From the sequence record OZ413487.1: a DNA stretch of 64,000 bases; one strand, given 5' to 3'. Positions within the stretch are counted from its first letter, which is position 1; each line of letters starts with the position of its first letter. Of the stretch, positions 56,506-64,000 are shown piece by piece. Source of the stretch: a phage. Below the pieces are notes generated by a model that did not search any database, was not told the origin of the DNA, and was given only the letters and a program-made list of their open reading frames with translations. The position numbers were made by a program, and so were the translations under genes.

Positions 56506-57564
56506 TAAGAATGAGAAGTATTCCCATTCCGTCCGCCTGGCAGCACTCCTGTAGGTCCTGCAAGGACTCTAGCTGAAAGCTAGACCCTTCGGGCCTCCCT
56601 GTAGGTCAGGTCAAAATCGTGGTAGAATTGGGCCTGTTCAGATATTTCTGGCTGACTCTTCAGGTCTGTGTGGGAAAAGCCAACCTCTCCGGCGGGGCAG
56701 GGGGTCATGACGGGAAAATTGCAGGTCAATTAAAAAATTTACGTGGTGTATGAAGCGCTCTTCAGGTAAGGCATGTATTATGGGATGAAACCCTCTTCAG
56801 GCAATGATATTTGTGGGTGTGATATTTGCTGGAAAGCCAGATATGACGGGACTCCCGGCGGGGATGGGGTAGTACAGACAGGGAAAATATGAGAATGTAG
56901 TTGGGGAAATTGATCAGACAGGTAGAGTATGGAATATGTTACAAGTATGTTAAATATGGAGGTTGAATATCTGTAGGATTTGTGTGTAAAATCAAAGACT
57001 TAAGGGGTGTTGTGGTATTTTCTATAAATAATTCAAGTTTAATAGGCAATATTTGTCTCTATCCGCTTTGTGTGGTAAACAGATTCAGATTAGATTGGTT
57101 TACAAGTGTATACATAATATACAAATTAAAGATACAAGAAACCCCCCTCCCCCTTCGGCTACCATTCACCTTTTCCTCTGACTGGTACTTAAACACTTAT
57201 TCAGACTCTTCAGGTTATCACCCATATATCATATGGCAGTGACTGGTGTCCTCCGGCCCCTCTTTCGTCACCCGTCCGCTTCGCCATGCTAATGCCATAG
57301 CCAATGGTTCGGTTGTTCACTCTGTTCACTCAGGTGTATCTCCATACCCCTTCAAACCGAAGAGAACAGAAAACCCGAATTACTCGGTAAAAGAAAAGAG
57401 AAGAACTTAATTTTATCAGGATAGGCAAGAATGTCAAGGCATGACTGCTCACTAAACAAGCAAACAGTCATGTGTGGAAGGTAAGTGATTGTGGTGGTGG
57501 GAAATTTAGTTGAAAGATGTGTTATAGGTGCTCCCAGCACTTTAGCCGGGTAGCTAATTGTGTG

Positions 57565-57846
57565 TCAGTCCAGTGGTTCATCACCTACTTCACTGAAATC
57601 AATGTTCATGGTCTCCTCCCAACCATCAATCTCAGCACCAGAGTAGAGATCTTTAGGACTTACTCCCAAAGCATCAGCAACAGAGTCCATATTTAACACC
57701 TCTGGCAGGTATGATTCATCGAATTCAAGGTAAATCAGGCCACGAGTGTTGTCAGCTCCACCAAATATTTCTATCTTCATGAAATCTCCTCTGGGAATGA
57801 GAGTGTGAACAGGGTTTATACGTTCCAATGCGCTGGAATTATGCAC
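57565..57846 (-). CDS. small acidic protein
   Basis: 93-aa ORF, first of the minus-strand block. Confidence 0.5.
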   Translation of the reverse strand: MHNSSALERINPVHTLIPRGDFMKIEIFGGADNTRGLIYLEFDESYLPEVLNMDSVADALGVSPKDLYSGAEIDGWEETMNIDFSEVGDEPLD

Positions 57847-57900
57847 GTTTGCCTCTTCAGGCCATGCTTCAGCATGAGGAACCTGTGTGGGCTCGGTGCT

Positions 57901-58113
57901 TCATAGTCTACCACCCCTGAACTCTTCGTGCTCAGGCATAATAGAGAACCAGATATCTACGATGTCTTCCCACGTCAGGTCATCAGCCTCAGGATCTACC
58001 TGGAGCGAAGATGAAGAATCTTCAGAATCGAAGTTTTCCTCTTGCACTGGCTCAGTCAAGGGACATATAGTCACTCCTTTGGATGTCTCTTCAGATGCAT
58101 GTGTGTTTATCAT
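57901..58113 (-). CDS. small acidic protein
   Basis: 70 aa, D/E/S-rich. Confidence 0.45.
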   Translation of the reverse strand: MINTHASEETSKGVTICPLTEPVQEENFDSEDSSSSLQVDPEADDLTWEDIVDIWFSIMPEHEEFRGGRL

Positions 58114-58232
58114 GTTCCACCCGTGAGTATTCCGGCAACAGCTGCTATGGACGTAATGATCATCAGGATCACCACTAAAACTTCGGACAATGTTCTCATT
58201 GTGTACTCCATATTCTACAAACTATGTGTGGA

Positions 58233-58261
58233 TACTATCACTGGATCGGTAATGTGTCAAC
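58233..58261 (-). promoter_or_regulatory. sigma70-type promoter (minus strand, TTGACA-N17-TAGTAT)
   Basis: Reverse complement of 58233-58261 reads TTGACA, a 17-nt spacer, then TAGTAT. Confidence 0.5.
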
Positions 58262-58418
58262 AGAAACGCCGCGAGGGTTTGGTTAAAATCCGAGCGTATG
58301 GTGATTTGGGTCAAAACGGACGTGCGTTCTCGCTACGCTCGAAATATGGAGTTGTTTGTAGGGAGCTCTTAAACGCTCTGTAATGAAATTAACTACCCAA
58401 GGTATGCAATCGTGCACC

Positions 58419-58449
58419 AGACAAAGAAAAGGACGCCACAGAGCGTCCT
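58419..58449 (-). terminator. rho-independent terminator (minus strand)
   Basis: AGGACGC / GCGTCCT hairpin followed on the minus strand by TTTCTTTGT, just downstream of the gene ending at 58474. Confidence 0.6.
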
Positions 58450-58473
58450 AGGTGTCTTAAATTTGATATTTTG

Positions 58474-58785
58474 CTATACCCACGAGGGCTTATCAAGGTT
58501 GGAGTAGCTGAAAGGTGTCAAAAGGTGACTGTCAAAATCTCTCAAACTATCCAAATCTTTTTCCTCGTCCTGACACCATCTGTGCCTACATTTGTTGTTG
58601 TAGTGCATGGAATGCATAGCGTTCTGCAACTTAACAGGCACAAGTGATTCAGGAGTAGATAGTATTGTTGGGTATGCCAGAACCACCTCAAACAGTGGAA
58701 ACACATCGAAACTAAAGTCTACCTCTGCAGAGGTTGATGGCATATAGGAGTATTTAGCCGCCTTTGTAGACATAATCCACCTCAC
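58474..58785 (-). CDS. hypothetical protein
   Basis: 103-aa ORF. Confidence 0.5.
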   Translation of the reverse strand: MRWIMSTKAAKYSYMPSTSAEVDFSFDVFPLFEVVLAYPTILSTPESLVPVKLQNAMHSMHYNNKCRHRWCQDEEKDLDSLRDFDSHLLTPFSYSNLDKPSWV

Positions 58786-59114
58786 ACAGGTTTGATAATA
58801 CCTTCACCGAATAGCTCTTCGTATCTAATCTTGTCCGGATCCCACTCCTGTATAATTTCGAAGACAATATCCAACCCAGGAACAATCACTTCTCCAGTGT
58901 CAAGCTTAGCAAGAACAAAACCGGAAGGTTGAATGGTTTCCCAGTTACGGCGATCAGAATAAAATACTTCGAAAATATCACCAACCTCAATCCGTTTCTG
59001 TTGCTCAAGATGCTGAAGGTTCTCTTTCATACGGATGCAGCGTATTTTTCGTGCAGGCCATAGACCACCTGCATCACGTTCATTCAATTCTTTTACAGTG
59101 ATCGGTATACCCAT
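58782..59114 (-). CDS. hypothetical protein
   Basis: 110-aa ORF overlapping the downstream gene by 4 nt. Confidence 0.5.
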   Translation of the reverse strand: MGIPITVKELNERDAGGLWPARKIRCIRMKENLQHLEQQKRIEVGDIFEVFYSDRRNWETIQPSGFVLAKLDTGEVIVPGLDIVFEIIQEWDPDKIRYEELFGEGIIKPV

Positions 59115-59169
59115 CTCAAGTCTCCTTCATGGATAGTAAAAAGAGGGGCCTAAGCCCCCCTCTTTGTCA

Positions 59170-59475
59170 TTATTCTACAGAGCGTTTGAACAGAATGTCT
59201 GCCTCAGACATGTGCTCAACCTCTTCTTCGATTTTAGCTCGACGTTTTTCAGCCTCATATCGAATATCGAACTCGGTAGCCACCAGAGATTTGATGAATT
59301 TAGGAGAATACAGATGATCCTGCTTCTCAACAAGAATGATATCCTTGATGGCATCTTTCAAATCTTTAATCTGAAGCTGGAGTTCCACCAGTTCTTCAAT
59401 TGTTTTGCGAAGGCGATCACGTTCTGCAGTGTCAGAAGGAAGAGAGGTGAACAGTTCAACTTTAGATTTAGCCAT
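59170..59475 (-). CDS. coiled-coil protein
   Basis: 101 aa, charged and heptad-rich; preferred over the overlapping plus-strand ORF. Confidence 0.5.
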   Translation of the reverse strand: MAKSKVELFTSLPSDTAERDRLRKTIEELVELQLQIKDLKDAIKDIILVEKQDHLYSPKFIKSLVATEFDIRYEAEKRRAKIEEEVEHMSEADILFKRSVE

Positions 59476-59503
59476 AGTAAGAGTCTCCTTATGTTGTTTT
59501 AAA

Positions 59504-59821
59504 TTAACGTTCTACAAAAATACCGTTCAGTTCAATAACCAGGAATTTCTGGTCTTCACTATCGTCTCGTGCCAGCACCTCACAGACGTATCGGTCATCC
59601 CCATCATCATCGCAGTCAAATACAAGACTGAGGACTTTATCATGGTAAACCTTCGCCACTACCGCCTCGTAAGTATTGCCGATTGTGAATCCAAGATAAT
59701 CTCCGATGCATTTGACAACAACATGGTCTCCAGCATTTAAGTCAATCTTCGTCATTACTGCGCTCCTTGGGTAATAATACTGTATGTAAAACTTTAACCA
59801 GAGATGTGAATAACGCCCCAA
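59504..59821 (-). CDS. small protein, paralogue family member (FxxG.xY ... DDDGD motif)
   Basis: GFTIGNTYEAVV ... DCDDDGDDRYVCEV; the true start is probably the internal Met (MTKIDLNAG). Confidence 0.5.
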   Translation of the reverse strand: MGRYSHLWLKFYIQYYYPRSAVMTKIDLNAGDHVVVKCIGDYLGFTIGNTYEAVVAKVYHDKVLSLVFDCDDDGDDRYVCEVLARDDSEDQKFLVIELNGIFVER

Positions 59822-59910
59822 AACACACCGATAGCGCTAAAACAGACAAGGCCATCATTAAAGCTTCAGTAAAATCCGTCATTCCTCACCTCTTGTTAGT
59901 CACTATACTA

Positions 59911-60174
59911 TCATTTATCCTTGTCGTCAAGAACTTTTTTAAATCTTTCAGGGATATCTCCCGTTCTTAGATAGTTCATGACCTCGCAAGGTTCCCACTT
60001 GAATTTCTTACAGAGCAGGGCGGCTGAGATTGTTTCATTGCGAAAAGAAAGGATATTAATATCCCACTCTGAGAACCCCAACTTCCGAAGGGTAGCTACA
60101 GAAATCCTCACCGCAACCCAGCAGCAAAAACATGCAACAAACGCCACTGCTACAACCCACATCAGGATGTTCAT
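59911..60174 (-). CDS. small membrane protein
   Basis: N-terminal transmembrane segment MNILMWVVAVAFVACFCCWVAV. Confidence 0.5.
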   Translation of the reverse strand: MNILMWVVAVAFVACFCCWVAVRISVATLRKLGFSEWDINILSFRNETISAALLCKKFKWEPCEVMNYLRTGDIPERFKKVLDDKDK

Positions 60175-60263
60175 ATAAGCACCTTACTGAAATACAAGAC
60201 ACAGTGTTAAGGTTACTGACCAGCAAATAATTAACAGTGCCGTTGCAACCTTGGCAAGATTTA

Positions 60264-60551
60264 TCATAGTGCCTCTAAGATTTCATATCCTTCGGGTCGG
60301 AATACAAGCCACTCCGTGGCTCCGTTTGGTCGATACGCTTTATACAGAACAACCTGATCTCGGCACATGCACATGGCTACATAGTTTTCATCCACACCTG
60401 CAGCCTGCATTGCATCTTCTTCTCCGGCAACCGCTTTGCTTACAACTTCCTTGGTAGGCAGGTGTGCGATCAGCTCGTCACCATCATTAATTCCAAAATG
60501 GCTGAGTTCTCCATTGGTATCTTTGATCTTAATCTTAACCAGATCTTTCAT
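60264..60551 (-). CDS. small acidic protein
   Basis: 95-aa ORF. Confidence 0.5.
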   Translation of the reverse strand: MKDLVKIKIKDTNGELSHFGINDGDELIAHLPTKEVVSKAVAGEEDAMQAAGVDENYVAMCMCRDQVVLYKAYRPNGATEWLVFRPEGYEILEAL

Positions 60552-60880
60552 TAGTCTTTCTCCAGGTTCAAAGGTCCTAAGATTTCATATGCCAGATTAG
60601 AAGTTACAAGAGGGTCTTCTGCGTCTTTAGTATTATACCACCCGTGAATAACCAGAGTCCCACTTTGTTTCATGTCCAACTGTAACTCTTCTGCCGTTTC
60701 CTCATCCAGCTCCAAGATTTCCATAAGGTATTTGATGTTAGGGAGGTATGCAGCTGTTACAGTCCCCTCTACCAGACCTTCAGGCCAACCTACATCTGGA
60801 TGACAAGTAGGAACCAGGTTGGTCAGCTTAATGGTGTACGCTTTTTCTGCACGAGCCTTCAGTAACGGGTCAATCTTCAT
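60551..60880 (-). CDS. small acidic protein
   Basis: 109-aa ORF. Confidence 0.5.
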   Translation of the reverse strand: MKIDPLLKARAEKAYTIKLTNLVPTCHPDVGWPEGLVEGTVTAAYLPNIKYLMEILELDEETAEELQLDMKQSGTLVIHGWYNTKDAEDPLVTSNLAYEILGPLNLEKD

Positions 60881-61230
60881 TATTCGTCCTCCTCTTCGGT
60901 ACCTGCTTCCAGTAATAAGTTAAGAATATCTTCTGCACAAGGCTCATAGAACTCTTGGCCTTCATTATCGATGATTTTATAGTCATCTCCACGAATAATC
61001 AGGGGATCACTCTCAAAATTATCGAGACCTTTAACAACGACAACACGATCGATTGCCATCATTGTAAGAACTTTATCGACATCTTCCTCTGCTACACCAT
61101 ACTGCAGCAGAATGTCTTTGGTAGGAGGAACAGCATCCACCACAACGCCGTTACCAAAACCTTCTGGAAGTTTAGCTAAAATATCTTCCGGAACCACATT
61201 CACATCAAAACCGGTAATTTCTACTTTCAT
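60880..61230 (-). CDS. small acidic protein
   Basis: 116 aa with acidic C-terminus (EAGTEEEDE). Confidence 0.5.
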   Translation of the reverse strand: MKVEITGFDVNVVPEDILAKLPEGFGNGVVVDAVPPTKDILLQYGVAEEDVDKVLTMMAIDRVVVVKGLDNFESDPLIIRGDDYKIIDNEGQEFYEPCAEDILNLLLEAGTEEEDE

Positions 61231-61491
61231 TTACAGCACCTCTTCGTCAACTACTTCATAAAAATGGCCTGGGATTGCAATAGCGTTCTCACCTTCACCT
61301 ACAAACACAGTTCCGTCAAGAATCAACATCATAAGAATTTCTGTAATATCCTCTTCCGGAACGTTGCCAAAACCTTTAATCAGCTCGTAGGTTGGAATAT
61401 TTACCTCTAAGATGTCACCATCTTTAGAACGGAAATCAACACCGTCCTGAATCTCTGCCGTTTCAAGGTTTTTCAATTTAATCTTCATCAA
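61231..61491 (-). CDS. small acidic protein
   Basis: 86-aa ORF. Confidence 0.5.
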   Translation of the reverse strand: MMKIKLKNLETAEIQDGVDFRSKDGDILEVNIPTYELIKGFGNVPEEDITEILMMLILDGTVFVGEGENAIAIPGHFYEVVDEEVL

Positions 61492-61567
61492 TCGGTCTCC
61501 TGTCTTGTTAAGATGAAGGTATTATTTCACACAGGGTTGGCGTTGTCAACACCTGTGTGCAAGAAAA

Positions 61568-61963
61568 TTACTGAAACAGTGCGGATAAATTACCTTCTGG
61601 TGGGAACTTATCTGCCAAAAACGGTGTTAGCACAGTAGCCCTCTGAAGATCTGGGGTCCACTCGTTGTTCAGAACATCCCAGTAGTACGCAATGTTGCTG
61701 TGTGGGTGCCGCATTACGAACTTTTTCCCTTCGTAGTCATCTGAAACCTCTACAGAAGAAATAACAACAGAATCTTCAAGGGTTTCTTCATAGAAAGATC
61801 CACCTTCAAATTTCCAACGAGATGCAAGAGCCCCTGCCTTGAACGCTGCAGATAACGGACTGTCGGCAAGAACATACATTTCTTGCACTCTGTCGCTGCG
61901 ATCTTTGCTTCTTACGTTGTATACAGTATCTGAGCTATACTCAACACGGTATAGGCTTACCAT
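61568..61963 (-). CDS. hypothetical protein (HP.S..YW....WTP motif family)
   Basis: Shares FV.RHPHS...YYWDVLNNEWTP with the ORF at 63770..63961. Confidence 0.5.
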   Translation of the reverse strand: MVSLYRVEYSSDTVYNVRSKDRSDRVQEMYVLADSPLSAAFKAGALASRWKFEGGSFYEETLEDSVVISSVEVSDDYEGKKFVMRHPHSNIAYYWDVLNNEWTPDLQRATVLTPFLADKFPPEGNLSALFQ

Positions 61964-62322
61964 TACCGAACCTCCTCAATAACTTCCACATCTGAACCTA
62001 CCACAAATGCAAAAGGACAGGTTTCATGAAAGATATCCGGATCGCCGCCAAGCTTGCTAACAATTTCTCCACCACTAATAAACACAAGCTCACCGATATT
62101 CATCAGATTGCTGAAATAGTACCCATAATGATTAAAGAATGCAGCAGGGTCAGGTAGACTAGTAGCCTCAAGCACTACATCGGTTGAGGTTACTTTCTTA
62201 TCATAACCTCTCGCCTTTTGAGATGCAAGATCTGCAGAATCCTCAGGCGACCGGAGATGCACAGGAATTGTTTCACCAATAAAGCGTACTTTCATATTAT
62301 CACCCAACAACCATAGCTTCAA
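61963..62322 (-). CDS. hypothetical protein
   Basis: 119-aa ORF. Confidence 0.5.
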   Translation of the reverse strand: MKLWLLGDNMKVRFIGETIPVHLRSPEDSADLASQKARGYDKKVTSTDVVLEATSLPDPAAFFNHYGYYFSNLMNIGELVFISGGEIVSKLGGDPDIFHETCPFAFVVGSDVEVIEEVR

Positions 62323-62563
62323 AAGGAGTCATGAACGAATAAACGGCATCATCATCTGCTTCAGGGAATGCTCCCAAAGACTTCATATCTGAGCCCTTGA
62401 CAAATACAAGGTTTTGATCAAAGGCTTCTTGGGGGTCAATCCGATACATATTTCGTAAAATATCGCTTACCTCCTCATCAAGAGGTGAGTATGCTGTGCA
62501 CGTTTTTCCGATCAAGCTTTGAGAATCAGGGTATCCACCTGAAGTTTTAAAATAAACAATCAT
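62300..62563 (-). CDS. hypothetical protein
   Basis: 87-aa ORF. Confidence 0.45.
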   Translation of the reverse strand: MIVYFKTSGGYPDSQSLIGKTCTAYSPLDEEVSDILRNMYRIDPQEAFDQNLVFVKGSDMKSLGAFPEADDDAVYSFMTPFEAMVVG

Positions 62564-62654
62564 ATAGTATCACCTCTGGTAAGAGATTGGGACTCCTTTC
62601 CCACAAATAATTACAAATCTTCCTTAGCGAGGAAGTATGCTAATCCAAGCAGGA

Positions 62655-62924
62655 TTATTCCTCTACAATCTCATACACATCAGGAGTTACAATCAACTCT
62701 TCTCCGTTACCCGGTGCAACAAACACCACCAAACCTTCAGGTGTGTGCTTTTTAGCCATCTCGATAACATCTTCTCGCAGAGCTGGCTCCATCAGATCAA
62801 AACCTTCACCTAGGGCATCACGAACCACCTTCATATAGTCCACTGGTTGTGCTTCAACAATCATGCCTTCAACCAGTCCACAATTTTTGTCTGCCAGCTC
62901 AGTTTGGAATAATTTAATTTTCAT
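62655..62924 (-). CDS. small acidic protein
   Basis: 89-aa ORF. Confidence 0.5.
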   Translation of the reverse strand: MKIKLFQTELADKNCGLVEGMIVEAQPVDYMKVVRDALGEGFDLMEPALREDVIEMAKKHTPEGLVVFVAPGNGEELIVTPDVYEIVEE

Positions 62925-63061
62925 TTAGAGGTCTCCTCAATTATTTGATATTAATAGCCGTAACCTAACACATTAACTACAACTGCGATTGCAAACATAA
63001 TTTCAAAGCATGCAATCTCTACATTTGGGACTAATTTCTTAATCACACCCATTGTAGCACC

Positions 63062-63379
63062 TCATTCTCCAAAGTCAATCTTTACTTTGCCTTTCCCCTT
63101 ACCTTTCTTTCCACCGCATTTAGCCAGCTGACGTGCTGCAACATCTACCATACGGTCAGTTGCCTCGTAAGCATCACTGCCTTTAGCCTTGGCAATAACT
63201 TCTTTTCCAGAATTGTCAAAAATGAACGCCATAACTTCCTGGTGATCATTTTCAACTTTTACACTCACACGTGCATAGTTGGCAGAGGGATGCAAACGCT
63301 CCAACTTAGACATTTTGTGGGAAATGAAAGACACCATACCTTCAGTGATTTCTACGTTGCCAGTGATTTCAATTTGCAT
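63062..63379 (-). CDS. hpf: ribosome hibernation-promoting factor homologue (HPF / YfiA / RaiA family, short form)
   Basis: MQIEITGNVEITEGM...KLERLH...VSVKVEN...DAYEA.D..VD.AARQL.K aligns with the short bacterial HPF pattern (E. coli HPF begins MQLNITGNNVEITEALREFV). Confidence 0.6.
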   Translation of the reverse strand: MQIEITGNVEITEGMVSFISHKMSKLERLHPSANYARVSVKVENDHQEVMAFIFDNSGKEVIAKAKGSDAYEATDRMVDVAARQLAKCGGKKGKGKGKVKIDFGE

Positions 63380-63461
63380 AACGTGTTCCTTTTAAAGAAG
63401 AGGGAACCGAACCCTCTTTGAAAACAATGATACTAAATCTGAAGCGTTGTGTCAACAGTTT

Positions 63462-63752
63462 TTACAGATTGTTGTCGATAGTTTTTAAAATATCCACAGC
63501 AAGATCTGCCATTTTTCGAACATACTCTGCAAACTCAACAGGATCCTTGATCAAAGAATTCACAGGGTCGTACCCTAGAGCGTTCAAAATGGCTGCAGCA
63601 TCTACAACCTTCTCATCATTTGCGAAGATCTCTCCATCAAACTTGTAGGTCCATTTTGAGTCAATCTTGGCAGGGAATGATTGGTCAACGCTTGTTACAC
63701 CATCCTTTTTAAACGCTCCGGTGTTATCAGTGTCTAGAACTAAATCCATCAT
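63462..63752 (-). CDS. hypothetical protein
   Basis: 96-aa ORF. Confidence 0.5.
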   Translation of the reverse strand: MMDLVLDTDNTGAFKKDGVTSVDQSFPAKIDSKWTYKFDGEIFANDEKVVDAAAILNALGYDPVNSLIKDPVEFAEYVRKMADLAVDILKTIDNNL

Positions 63753-63769
63753 GTTAGTACCTCACCGTT

Positions 63770-63961
63770 TCAGTTTAGCTTTTCTTCAACAACCCCATAG
63801 CTCGGGACAGAGTCAAGAGCTTTCTGGTTTAAAAGTGGTGTAGCAGAATCTGCAAACGGTGTCCAAGTTTTTGTTCTGGCGTTCCAGTAATGCTTCACTC
63901 TGGAATCTGGATGCACTATAACAAAAACTTTTTCACTTGTCAACACATTAATTTCTTCCAC
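63770..63961 (-). CDS. hypothetical protein (paralogue of 61568..61963)
   Basis: FVIVHPDSRVKHYWNARTKTWTP motif. Confidence 0.45.
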   Translation of the reverse strand: MEEINVLTSEKVFVIVHPDSRVKHYWNARTKTWTPFADSATPLLNQKALDSVPSYGVVEEKLN

Positions 63962-64000
63962 ACCCCTGCTGATAATTTCTCCGTCATATCCCCCGGTCTG

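Noticed and set aside
55575-57540. Track ORFs inside the repeat-rich non-coding zone (55575..55763, 55919..56122, 56293..56481, 56982..57242, 57352..57540).
   Set aside because: They lie within iterons or the 185-bp tandem repeat, lack RBS, and have low-complexity translations; more likely non-coding.
58042-58383. Plus-strand track ORF (113 aa) between minus-strand genes.
   Set aside because: It runs against the local operon and overlaps a minus-strand promoter and the upstream gene; junk-like sequence with no RBS.
1-64000. Prophage or integrative element interpretation (integrase, att sites, flanking host genes).
   Set aside because: No integrase, excisionase, repressor or host housekeeping genes were seen; the gene content and promoter-rich early modules fit a virulent phage.

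Overview
This 64-kb window looks like a contiguous piece of a large virulent tailed dsDNA bacteriophage genome; no integrase, rRNA, tRNA or CRISPR array was found. The host is probably a Gram-negative bacterium, inferred only from the sigma70-type promoters, strong Shine-Dalgarno sites and a short-form HPF homologue. All calls rest on reading the sequence and the supplied ORF track by eye; no database search or folding was run. Layout: (1) 1-16.3 kb, plus strand: tail-fiber and baseplate module, with a J-like fiber fragment, baseplate J-like protein, two paralogous fiber genes, a 581-aa fiber and an 1878-aa Ig-like-domain protein. (2) 16.4-23.3 kb, minus strand: small early-type genes including a HAD phosphatase, a VWA/HExxH protein and an HNH-like protein. 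(3) 23.4-46 kb, plus strand: replication and DNA-metabolism module with a MoxR-like AAA ATPase, SleB-like hydrolase, small GHKL-fold protein, Dda-like helicase, C5-methyltransferase-like protein, T7 gp4-like primase-helicase, family A DNA polymerase, SSB-like protein and a macro-domain protein. (4) 46.0-47.0 kb: non-coding iteron-like repeat array. (5) 47-54.9 kb: about 20 small genes, most with their own TTGACA-N17-TATAAT promoter, a 5' UTR hairpin and a recurring 45-bp intergenic element. (6) 54.9-57.56 kb: a 2.6-kb non-coding zone where the two transcription directions converge, containing a perfect 185-bp tandem duplication. (7) 57.6-64 kb, minus strand: small acidic proteins and an HPF homologue. 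The strongest single observation is that the DNA polymerase gene is interrupted exactly at its catalytic HDE motif by a 276-bp ORF-less insert with group I intron splice-site hallmarks.
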